Under the pieces are notes generated by a model. The model made no database searches, was not told the DNA's origin, and was given only the letters and a program-made list of their open reading frames with translations. From IMG/VR virus record IMGVR_UViG_3300045988_169928, positions 45,391 through 109,390 of that record: DNA of 64,000 bases. One strand, written 5' to 3'. Origin of the DNA: a virus. This document shows positions 57,901-64,000 of the stretch, piece by piece. Numbering within the stretch: position 1 is the stretch's first letter; every line of letters begins with the position of its first letter. Made by a program: the position numbers and the translations under genes.

Positions 57901-58474
57901 AACGTTCTTGGTTGTAGCTGGCGCTTTGTTTATATTCCTGATAACGGTTGTGTGAAATATATCCTGAACGTTTACCAACCTCAAAGTTATTATAAGTTTT
58001 CCGGTTGCTACTAATTAAGTTATTAATATCAGATCGGAGTTTATTGTAACTTGCGTTAGCTTTATTAACATCATCTGTTTGACTGTCGTTAAAACGGCGG
58101 AAAGCCGAACTACTGGTAGTATTAGTAGTCTGGTTACTAATAATGTTTTTATAACCATCACTATCACTAATTCTATTGATAGCATTGGTTAATTCGGTTA
58201 GCTTACTACTTAAATCACTTTCGGTTTCGGTGTCCCCAGTTTTTTGGACACTCGCTAACATTTGTTGAAGTTTGGTTTTGTCTGAATAAAGGTCACTAAG
58301 TCCACCTTGGGCAGTGGCAACCTGTTTATTACTTAGTGTGTTGTTATTGTTTACTCGGGCGTTAGAGATACGTTCAATGCGTTTTTCTAGATCATCAATA
58401 TCTTTAGTGACGTCTTGAATAGCGTTCTTTGCCGCCTGATTATCAACCTTGAGGTTAATGTTTTCCTCAACCAT
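54959..58474 (-). CDS. second, orphan tape-measure-like protein with internal lytic transglycosylase (SLT-like) domain
   Basis: ATG at 58474 with RBS AAGGTGGTG (the track ORF extends spuriously to 58687). Shares with the first tape measure protein the segments VNNNNT.SNK and VSQGSNARLT.F.NI.G. Gly-rich TM region. VFAQIMHETGGMTS (SLT catalytic Glu context). Own terminator AAAAATGACCACCCCTAAACCGGGTGGCCTTTTTG on the minus strand at 54925-54958. Confidence 0.7.
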   Translation of the reverse strand: MVEENINLKVDNQAAKNAIQDVTKDIDDLEKRIERISNARVNNNNTLSNKQVATAQGGLSDLYSDKTKLQQMLASVQKTGDTETESDLSSKLTELTNAINRISDSDGYKNIISNQTTNTTSSSAFRRFNDSQTDDVNKANASYNKLRSDINNLISSNRKTYNNFEVGKRSGYISHNRYQEYKQSASYNQERFSNYSDILKKQRTDLAGKLTSAREDYANAKKVASVPGASREAVNAAREADEYVKQLEKVSQKLNQLSSTLGRNEQAIKQTSTEVNKPDNSYTVGPKKGSLADQSRYLARSGLTAAMSSSGSLVSQGSNARLTAFDNIKGVAYGIGGYHADNHVMDTISNSGYKYGYSGAEMSGFVSAYSGSTGNTGNYNKAATSWARQARITGSDSETTQSLEQSAGNASGLSGSQMSRLGNQITNEITSSGMTAKSSQQQQGLTELYNNATQYGASYKDLQQIAGLQGSLSSLGSQFQGTTGANNILQITHTLSDYNSLQARTMFARGTGTKYSGLQGQAQLMQDMQDMNKNPASMRRVLNNYMDMAQGNTKVAAWRISSQNPNISMDAAEKLLDANSKGKLDKSTLKKYLNDGSQAKKNDKSYSESGTSSIQKSNAALANSATKASESLDSFRSALAKIYKTVGGSFGGFGGVGMSVASAVGGSLVQGVGSGLVSGFVLRHGGFRGATKDLFTKETWANGGRSLKNGGRSIVNAARNIRKGGKFTGLLRKGTSLAKSTGSTLLRSGERTGLLRSAGGLVRKAGIANLAFGAYDTINTLTHTKKGSKAQFEGLGKAAGTTAGSAGGAVLGSLLDPFIGPAGTIGGSIIGGWAGGKIGGLIGDGAHWIKDEFSGNHKKSTSKKSKLHDKDDWKILRSYNKMLDKAKTLVETAKSISLNGDTKGNTSDDSEKASGKGVEAAKSVAKKVGKELGVDPSLVFAQIMHETGGMTSKLANDGSNNLSGIKYVGQSGATRGSASPEGDYYAKFNSLDDYAKNFASILKNDGIDSSIKSVDQYATALKNHSYFTAGLSAYEAGMNSFKGQYANGGIRSFASGNGFISSQPTLVNNSDLFGEAGTEAFIPLNTSHAGAGLTALNDLAGVFGRKLVSPSEVGGNQNTTINPTYNINLTIQGGTDDPDNLAQTVANKVKEMLNQFEQQQTRQSQLNYFAH

Positions 58475-58595
58475 AGTTCCACCACCTTGATTATAATTAT
58501 CTTCTTGCTTAATATAATAGTGATTAGGGGTTGCAATAACATATTTGAGATGGTAGTATAATAAACATAGAAAAGGAAAGGGGGGGGGCAAAAAC

Positions 58596-58745
58596 ATGAG
58601 TAGTGCTGGAATCAAGGCAGATGTTAAGGCTTTTCTTAAATCTAAGCAAGTCAAGACCATCGTGCTTCCTAGTGGTAAGGAAGTCAAGTTGCAAAACGCA
58701 AAGACAAGTGATCTAATTTCATACGCAAGTAAGTTGGGATATTAA
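58596..58745 (+). CDS. small basic protein (50 aa) behind a G9 tract / RBS
   Basis: AAAGGGGGGGGGCAAAAACATG. MSSAGIKADVKAFLKSKQVKTIVLPSGKEVKLQNAKTSDLISYASKLGY. Not in the ORF track. Confidence 0.35.
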   Translation: MSSAGIKADVKAFLKSKQVKTIVLPSGKEVKLQNAKTSDLISYASKLGY

Positions 58746-58785
58746 GGAGTTGTAAAATTGAATAATAAAAAGGTGGTATTTTATT

Positions 58786-59526
58786 TTGGATAAAGCTACA
58801 AAGCAAAACTATTTCATTTGGTTGTTCAATCAATTGAAAGGTTGGCCTATGCAGAATTATATGTTGTTTTTCTTTGCTTTTGGATTTCAGTTAGCATTAT
58901 TGATTGGTAGTCCAATTAATTCAGTAACATTGATTACGTTTATTGGTACCTTGTTGGGTACCCTATGTGTATTGGCAATTAATGCTACTAAAGCAATTAA
59001 TGGTTGGTTAGGGTTAATTTCAGCCACCTGTTTTGTTTATGCTGGGTGGTCAGCGAAGAACTATCTGTCAATTTTTGAACAAATTGCCTATGTCGTGACA
59101 TTGGACTTGCCTGTTATCTTTGCAATTCGTAGTTGGAATGACGATACCAAGAATCACTTGCGCCGTTTCGGCTCAAAACAATGGTTAGTCGCTGTTATTG
59201 GTACATTGATTGTATATGTAGTAAGTGGTTATCTGATTGGTCAGTTTACTAATGACCCACGTCCATGGATTGACGCTATTAGTTTTGCAATTAGTTTGAC
59301 TGCCGGAATTATGTGCTTTATGCGTTACAATAACCAATACTACTGGTGGTTAGCTTCTGGTATCTTCCAGTTAATTCTATGGGCTGTTACATTTGCACAA
59401 GGTGACGCAACCTTGGCGATGGCAGTTAATAGCTTAATCTATGTTATTAATGACATTCTGGCTTTCGCAGTTTCTCCATGGTTTAACCACGGTCGGCGTC
59501 AAGCCGGTTTATCTGAAATGAAGTAA
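58786..59526 (+). CDS. PnuC-like nicotinamide riboside transporter (multi-TM membrane protein)
   Basis: TTG start with RBS AAAAGGTGG. 246 aa with ~7 hydrophobic segments. Trp/Asn-rich loops. Size and topology fit PnuC. From memory; no signature verified. Confidence 0.45.
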   Translation: MDKATKQNYFIWLFNQLKGWPMQNYMLFFFAFGFQLALLIGSPINSVTLITFIGTLLGTLCVLAINATKAINGWLGLISATCFVYAGWSAKNYLSIFEQIAYVVTLDLPVIFAIRSWNDDTKNHLRRFGSKQWLVAVIGTLIVYVVSGYLIGQFTNDPRPWIDAISFAISLTAGIMCFMRYNNQYYWWLASGIFQLILWAVTFAQGDATLAMAVNSLIYVINDILAFAVSPWFNHGRRQAGLSEMK

Positions 59527-59636
59527 ATAGTGTTGAAGCTTGTCTATATGACGGGCTTTTTATTTTGTAGAAACTTATTGATTTATTGTTGTCATAGGTT
59601 TATAATAAAAAATATAAATTAGTAAGGTGAAATATC

Positions 59637-60809
59637 TTGAGAAGAAAAACAAATGATCAGTTTCAACAGGAAGTTTACGATCTTGTGAGAGATGAATATA
59701 TATTCTTAGATACTTATGTTAATAAACGTACAAAAATTAAAGTTAAACATAACAAATGCGGTCATATCTATAAGGTAACTCCTGGTGACTTTCTTTGTGG
59801 TAGGCGCTGTCCTTATTGTTTTGGTAATTTAAAAAAGACAGACGCTCAATTCAAACATGAAGTTTACACTTTGGTAGGTGATGAATATGCTTTCTTAGAA
59901 CCATATGTTAATAATAAGACTAAAATTAAGGTTAGGCATAATAAATGTGGCAATATCTATGAAGTAAAGCCTGATGGTTTCTTGCGTGGTAATCGTTGCC
60001 CATACTGTGCAAGTACAGCTATAAAAACAAATGAGCAGTTTCAACAGGAGGTTTATGATCTCGTTGGAGATGAGTATTTATTTTTAGAATCCTATCAAAA
60101 AGCACTTACAAAAATTAAGGTAAAGCATAATAAATGCGGTAGTATCTATAAAGTCAAGCCTAGTGATTTTCTACATGGCGAACGTTGCCCATATTGTAAT
60201 GGTAATGCTAAGAAAACAGACGTCCAGTTTAAAAAGGAAGTTTATAATCTAGTTGGTGATGATTATAAATTCCTAGATGTCTATGTTAATAATGTTGCTA
60301 AACTTAGGGTAAAACACAATAAATGTGGAAACATTTACGAAGTTAGACCTAGTGATTTTCTCCGTGGCACCCGTTGTCCTTACTGTAATACCCCTAAAGG
60401 TGAGGTTATCATTAATAAAATTCTAAAGTCATTAGGGACCAAGTATGAGTATCAGAAAACGTTTGATGATCTTGTAGATAAGTCCTATCTTTCTTATGAT
60501 TTCTATATCCCCAGTCAATCCATCTTAATTGAATATCAAGGGATTCAACATTACCAGCCTACTGATTATTTTGGTGGAGAAGCTACCTTTAAGAGACAGC
60601 AAAAACATGATAAGATGAAGCTAGACTATGCTAAGTCTCATGGTTATAAATTAATTACTGTACCATATACGGAAGATACTTTCTCTAAGATTAAGGGGTA
60701 TTTGATTAAGCATGGGTTAGCTGATGAAAATACTTCGGTAGATACAGATACACTCCATCGACTGTTTGACGAGAATAAAGAAGTGATGGATTGGCTAAAG
60801 GACAAGTGA
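59637..60809 (+). CDS. freestanding endonuclease paralogue: 4 zinc-ribbon repeats + Vsr/DUF559-like nuclease domain
   Basis: TTG start with RBS AAGGTGA. Four repeats. C-terminal YDFYIPSQSILIEYQGIQHYQP. Extra acidic tail. Confidence 0.65.
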   Translation: MRRKTNDQFQQEVYDLVRDEYIFLDTYVNKRTKIKVKHNKCGHIYKVTPGDFLCGRRCPYCFGNLKKTDAQFKHEVYTLVGDEYAFLEPYVNNKTKIKVRHNKCGNIYEVKPDGFLRGNRCPYCASTAIKTNEQFQQEVYDLVGDEYLFLESYQKALTKIKVKHNKCGSIYKVKPSDFLHGERCPYCNGNAKKTDVQFKKEVYNLVGDDYKFLDVYVNNVAKLRVKHNKCGNIYEVRPSDFLRGTRCPYCNTPKGEVIINKILKSLGTKYEYQKTFDDLVDKSYLSYDFYIPSQSILIEYQGIQHYQPTDYFGGEATFKRQQKHDKMKLDYAKSHGYKLITVPYTEDTFSKIKGYLIKHGLADENTSVDTDTLHRLFDENKEVMDWLKDK

Positions 60810-60825
60810 AGGAGGTGCATAGCCA

Positions 60826-61074
60826 ATGGCAAAACCATTTATTTTTGACTATGAACGATATCCTGATTGGTTATCTGAACTAATTGAGAAGGGTTCTGTG
60901 ATTGAAGGGGAAGAAGCTCCTGATCAATGGGAGGACGCTTACATGGATCCGGTCTTATATTGTTGGCAACCCGATGGTGAGATCGTAACTGTTTACTCTG
61001 GTCATGAGATTCAGTTAGCCCAACATAGGAATCCAGACGGTTCAGTGTTCAAGTATGCAGAACTAATTGATTAA
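60826..61074 (+). CDS. hypothetical acidic protein
   Basis: RBS GGAGGTG. 82 aa. Confidence 0.45.
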   Translation: MAKPFIFDYERYPDWLSELIEKGSVIEGEEAPDQWEDAYMDPVLYCWQPDGEIVTVYSGHEIQLAQHRNPDGSVFKYAELID

Positions 61075-61084
61075 TAGATAGAAG

Positions 61085-61114
61085 GGCCTAGTAATTACTA
61101 GGTCTTTTTATTTT
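61085..61114 (+). terminator. terminator family B copy 1 (GGCCTAGTAATTACTAGGTC + TTTTTATTTT)
   Basis: Near-identical copy at 61446-61475. Each is followed by a family A promoter (61136-61165 and 61496-61525). Confidence 0.65.
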
Positions 61115-61135
61115 AGGTTTTTTCTATAAAAACTG

Positions 61136-61165
61136 TTGACATCATCTCTACTTGTGTTATTATAT
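61136..61165 (+). promoter_or_regulatory. early promoter family A copy 2 (TTGACA-N16-TATTATAT + GTTGTCGAAAGGATAAG leader)
   Basis: Near-identical to 42331-42395. Confidence 0.6.
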
Positions 61166-61209
61166 AGTTGTCGAAAGGATAAGAACAAAAGAAAAGGAGG
61201 AATATAATT

Positions 61210-61428
61210 ATGTGGTTATTCTTTTTTCTGTTTGGATTCGGTGTAGTAGAAATCTGTTACATTAATAAAGATGTAAAAACGATTCGTGATGACTTATCAT
61301 ACCTAGTTGATCTACTTGAACAGAACCCTGACTTGGTTAAGAAAGCGACAGATCAGGCACAATCTAATCAGGAACAATCTAGGAGTAATGAAGATTTAAT
61401 GGGTTCACGTAGGGAACTATATAAGTAA
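61210..61428 (+). CDS. small membrane protein
   Basis: RBS AAAAGGAGG. MWLFFFLFGFGVVEICY TM segment then polar tail. Confidence 0.5.
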   Translation: MWLFFFLFGFGVVEICYINKDVKTIRDDLSYLVDLLEQNPDLVKKATDQAQSNQEQSRSNEDLMGSRRELYK

Positions 61429-61495
61429 TGGAATCATAATGAGAAGGTCTAGTAATTACTAGGTCTTTTTATTTTAGTTATTTTTATAAAAACTA

Positions 61496-61525
61496 TTGAC
61501 ATTATCTCTGCCTGTGTTATTATAT
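61496..61525 (+). promoter_or_regulatory. early promoter family A copy 3
   Basis: TTGACATTATCTCTGCCTGTGTTATTATAT. Confidence 0.55.
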
Positions 61526-61559
61526 AGATGTTAAAGGAATAGAATAAAAGGAGATTATT

Positions 61560-62084
61560 ATGACTAAGAAATACAAGCTAACTCATCACACTAAGGAAGT
61601 AGATGGTCATACCCTTCACCGAATTAAGGCTCTAAAGTCCTTTGGTGATGTAACGAAAGGAGATCTAGGCGGTTGGGTTGAAAGTTACCGTAATCTATCT
61701 CAATCAGATTATGCTTGGGTCTATGACAAAGCTAAAGTTTATGGTGACGCCCGAGTTTTTGATAATGCAAAAGTTAATGATCATGCCCGAGTTTACGGTG
61801 ACGCTTGGGTTTACAAAAACGCTTGGGTCTATGGTCACGCTCGAGTTAGTGGTGCCGCAGGTGTGTCAGGAAATGCTTGGGTTCATGGTCATGCTAAAGT
61901 TTATGATAATGCTAAAGTTTGGGGTAATGTCCTAGTTTATGACCATGCTCATGTTTGCGGGAACGCTATGATTTACGATAATGATATGGTTTATGGTCGT
62001 ACTAAGGTTTATAATCATACTCAAGTATATGGTAAAGATTGGGTTTGTTCTCATATCCAACCTTGGGATATTGATAATAAATAA
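61560..62084 (+). CDS. hexapeptide-repeat (beta-helix-like) protein, short paralogue
   Basis: Conserved ~55-aa N-domain MTKKYKLTHHTKEVDGHTLHRIKALKSFGDVTKGDLGGW, then ~18 hexapeptides [NHD]A.V.[GDN]. Confidence 0.6.
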   Translation: MTKKYKLTHHTKEVDGHTLHRIKALKSFGDVTKGDLGGWVESYRNLSQSDYAWVYDKAKVYGDARVFDNAKVNDHARVYGDAWVYKNAWVYGHARVSGAAGVSGNAWVHGHAKVYDNAKVWGNVLVYDHAHVCGNAMIYDNDMVYGRTKVYNHTQVYGKDWVCSHIQPWDIDNK

Positions 62085-62096
62085 AGGAGGTTTCTT

Positions 62097-63095
62097 ATGA
62101 CTAAGAAGTATGAATTAACAGATAATACTAAGGAAATATTGGGTCACACCCTCCATCAAATTAAGGCTTTAAAAGCGTTTGGTGATGTAAAGAAGGGTGA
62201 TCTAGGGGGTTGGATTGAAGATTACTCTAACCTCTCCCAATCCGGTAATGCTTGGGTCTATGACAATGCTAAAGTTTATAAGAATGCTGTAGTTTATGGT
62301 CAGGCCCAGATCCGTGGTAATGCATGGGTCTATAATCACACTAAGGTTTTAGATAATGCTAAAGTTTGTGGTGAGGCTTGTATCTATGATCATGCTAGAG
62401 TATTAGATAATGCCCAAGTTGGTGGTAATGCTTGGGTTTATAATAATGCTTATGTTGTAGGCAACGCCAAAGTTGCAGGTAAGGCCCAGATTTATGGTAA
62501 TGCTTGTGTCTATGATAATGCGATAGTACGTGGCCATGCCGAGATTTATGACCATGCTTCGGTTTATGGCAACGCTTGGGTTTTTGATGATACCAAAGTT
62601 TGGGGTTGTGCGTCTATTACAGGTAAGACTAAAGTATATGGGGACGCTCGAATCTATGGCAGTGCTAAGGTTCATGGTAACGCCATCGTATGTGGCTATG
62701 CTCACGTTTGTGGTAATACCCATGTCTATGATAATGCTAAAGTCTATGGTGATAGTATCTTGCAAGGACGAATTAACATTCGGGAAGATGATGATATTAA
62801 GGACAAGTATTCTTATCTAATCTTTAATAACACTTGGTCATCAGGGCGGCAGTTTGTTTACGTCCTATCTAATCAGCGATGGCACGTTGGTTGCTTTAAT
62901 GGAACAGGGGAAGAACTAATTAAGAAAGCATACAAGGATTCGGAATTATCGGGAAAGATGTACGAGATGTATGTTCATTTTGCTGAACAAGCGGTTAAGA
63001 CCCAAGCTAAGATCCAACAGCAACAACAATCACACAAGAAATTCCCTCTTTGGTTAGATTCATATCCAAGTTGGCGAGACTGGTTAGGACTATAG
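62097..63095 (+). CDS. hexapeptide-repeat (beta-helix-like) protein, long paralogue with C-terminal globular domain
   Basis: Same N-domain, ~29 hexapeptides (NAWVYD NAKVYK NAVVYG ...), then a ~100-aa C-terminal domain. Confidence 0.6.
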   Translation: MTKKYELTDNTKEILGHTLHQIKALKAFGDVKKGDLGGWIEDYSNLSQSGNAWVYDNAKVYKNAVVYGQAQIRGNAWVYNHTKVLDNAKVCGEACIYDHARVLDNAQVGGNAWVYNNAYVVGNAKVAGKAQIYGNACVYDNAIVRGHAEIYDHASVYGNAWVFDDTKVWGCASITGKTKVYGDARIYGSAKVHGNAIVCGYAHVCGNTHVYDNAKVYGDSILQGRINIREDDDIKDKYSYLIFNNTWSSGRQFVYVLSNQRWHVGCFNGTGEELIKKAYKDSELSGKMYEMYVHFAEQAVKTQAKIQQQQQSHKKFPLWLDSYPSWRDWLGL

Positions 63096-63348
63096 CTATG
63101 TTAAACGCCATCTTTCGGCTTAAAAATTTTGGGGAAATATTTTTGGAATATTGCTTTCTTATCCCTGTCAGATAATAGTCTTATAAAAATGACTGGGGGG
63201 TGGGTGTATACAGAGTGGTCTTTAATGGGCCACTTTTATTATAAGAACGAGACAAATTAAACAGCTCCAGAAAATTCCTAGATTTTTGGGAAAATATTTT
63301 AAAGTGACCTAGGGTAGAGCAGGTAGGGGGTCAGGTACCGGATTGGTA

Positions 63349-63383
63349 CTTGACAAGCGGGGGGGAGGGGTGTATATAACACA
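63349..63383 (+). promoter_or_regulatory. promoter-like element with G-rich spacer (TTGACA-AGCGGGGGGGAGGGGTG-TATATA)
   Basis: A similar GGGGGTGGGTGTATACA element lies at about 63204-63220. Direct repeats TTTTGGGGAAATATTTT at 63126 and 63283. Confidence 0.35.
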
Positions 63384-63430
63384 TTCCCTATAAAAAGTCA
63401 AGTGATAGGCGATAAAAAAAAAAGACTGGG

Positions 63431-63448
63431 TTTAACCAGTCCATTAAT
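63431..63448. terminator. bidirectional hairpin terminator (GACTGGGTTTAACCAGTC) with flanking A-run and T-rich sequence
   Basis: AAAAAAAAAGACTGGGTTTAACCAGTCCATTAATTT. Same hairpin family as the family C terminators. Confidence 0.45.
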
Positions 63449-63790
63449 TTAGTTGATCGTGACCCCCCGCCGTTCACAGTTTTGTTTCACCTCCATTTGA
63501 CGTTGGCCGTTGTAACCACAGTAATAGAACAGTAGACCATAGTTGTTTTCGTCTGTTGCTTGATCATGAATCTCAATTGACCAGTCAAGGACGACCAAGT
63601 AAATCTGCTTAGCGCTATCACACCATAGCGTTGGGTAAGCAACTACGCCATCATTGTATGTTACCTTAGCGGTGTAGCCTTGCTTATCCTTAAATACGTC
63701 CACGGTGTCAATGGTCATAGTTGGGAACATATCAGCAAGTTTATCGGTTGGCATAGCTTCAATCATTTCATCAAATTCTTCTTCGTTCAT
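63449..63790 (-). CDS. hypothetical acidic protein
   Basis: 113 aa. Lone minus-strand gene at the window end. Confidence 0.45.
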   Translation of the reverse strand: MNEEEFDEMIEAMPTDKLADMFPTMTIDTVDVFKDKQGYTAKVTYNDGVVAYPTLWCDSAKQIYLVVLDWSIEIHDQATDENNYGLLFYYCGYNGQRQMEVKQNCERRGVTIN

Positions 63791-64000
63791 AATAAATACC
63801 TCGTTTCTTTTTTTCTTATCTTTCTATGGTTATATAATACCATGTAAGGATAGAAAAGTAAATACTTTTATTGGATTTAATTCAACTATTTTTTAGCTGA
63901 TCAAGCATAGCAAGCGGAAACATAGCAGGATCAATATAAATGACCTATGATAGTCCTACGTGATCACCACAAGCCCGTACACGCCGTTTAACACGATCAA

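Noticed and set aside
5408-58474. Interpretation of the two tape-measure-like genes as evidence of two tandem prophages
   Set aside because: No integrase, attachment-site repeats or bacterial genes between them. The shared promoter/terminator cassette families and the endonuclease paralogues span both halves, arguing for a single genome (or at least a single evolutionary unit).
54959-58687. N-terminal 71 codons of the track ORF for the second tape-measure-like gene (MTSLPLGST…)
   Set aside because: Hydrophobic junk-like extension. A proper RBS (AAGGTGGTG) precedes the internal ATG at 58474, and the extension overlaps a G9 tract and a divergent small ORF.
1-64000. CRISPR array, integrase/attachment sites, transposase/IS elements, reverse transcriptase/DGR or retron, toxin-antitoxin pairs
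   Set aside because: Searched by eye for short regular direct repeats with spacers, tyrosine/serine recombinase motifs, DDE motifs and YxDD boxes; none found. The repeats present are promoter/terminator cassettes and protein-coding tandem repeats.

Overview
The window reads as one contiguous stretch of a large, AT-rich tailed dsDNA phage (virion or prophage). No integrase, attachment site or bacterial housekeeping gene is visible. Codon usage, Shine-Dalgarno style and the lysin architecture suggest a Lactobacillaceae-type Gram-positive host, but this is inference. Layout: (i) 1-28,962, almost entirely minus strand, is a morphogenesis and lysis super-module. Reading it in transcription order (descending coordinates), a HNH-AP2 homing endonuclease and a secreted LysM/APF-like protein come first. 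They are followed by a putative holin-like membrane protein plus a GH25+4xLysM endolysin carrying a signal peptide. Next are S/A/E/P-repeat proteins, large terminase, portal, a 496-aa capsid candidate, an S78 prohead protease and an acidic scaffold-like protein. A divergent plus-strand 4-gene cassette with two small HTH genes interrupts the module here. Then come a tail-chaperone pair with a candidate translational frameshift, a 1,079-aa tape measure protein, a glutaredoxin-like gene, a 1,493-aa tail fibre/baseplate protein and a truncated tail gene. (ii) A 1.8-kb ORF-free divergent control region (28,963-30,737) carries AT-rich direct repeats, GTTAAAC-type iterons and a GC-richer, structured-looking segment. 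(iii) 30,738-63,095 is mostly plus strand. It holds early and replication genes (family-A DNA polymerase with 3'-5' exonuclease, SbcD/Mre11-like nuclease, SF2 helicase, Bro-N/KilAC antirepressor, many small ORFs including tandem paralogues). It also holds tRNA-Thr(UGU) and tRNA-Ser(GCU) and a PnuC-like transporter. Myovirus-type tail genes (sheath-like, tube-like) lie scattered through it. It contains a second, orphan tape-measure-like gene on the opposite strand. It contains three paralogous freestanding endonuclease genes built from 3-5 tandem ~63-aa zinc-ribbon repeats plus a C-terminal Vsr/DUF559-like nuclease domain; one of these carries a recoded duplicate of the 3' end of its upstream neighbour, a homing footprint. 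Several families of near-identical promoter/terminator cassettes punctuate this region, along with two candidate small-RNA genes and a pair of hexapeptide (beta-helix-like) repeat proteins. All functional calls rest on motifs recognised by eye; no database search was possible.
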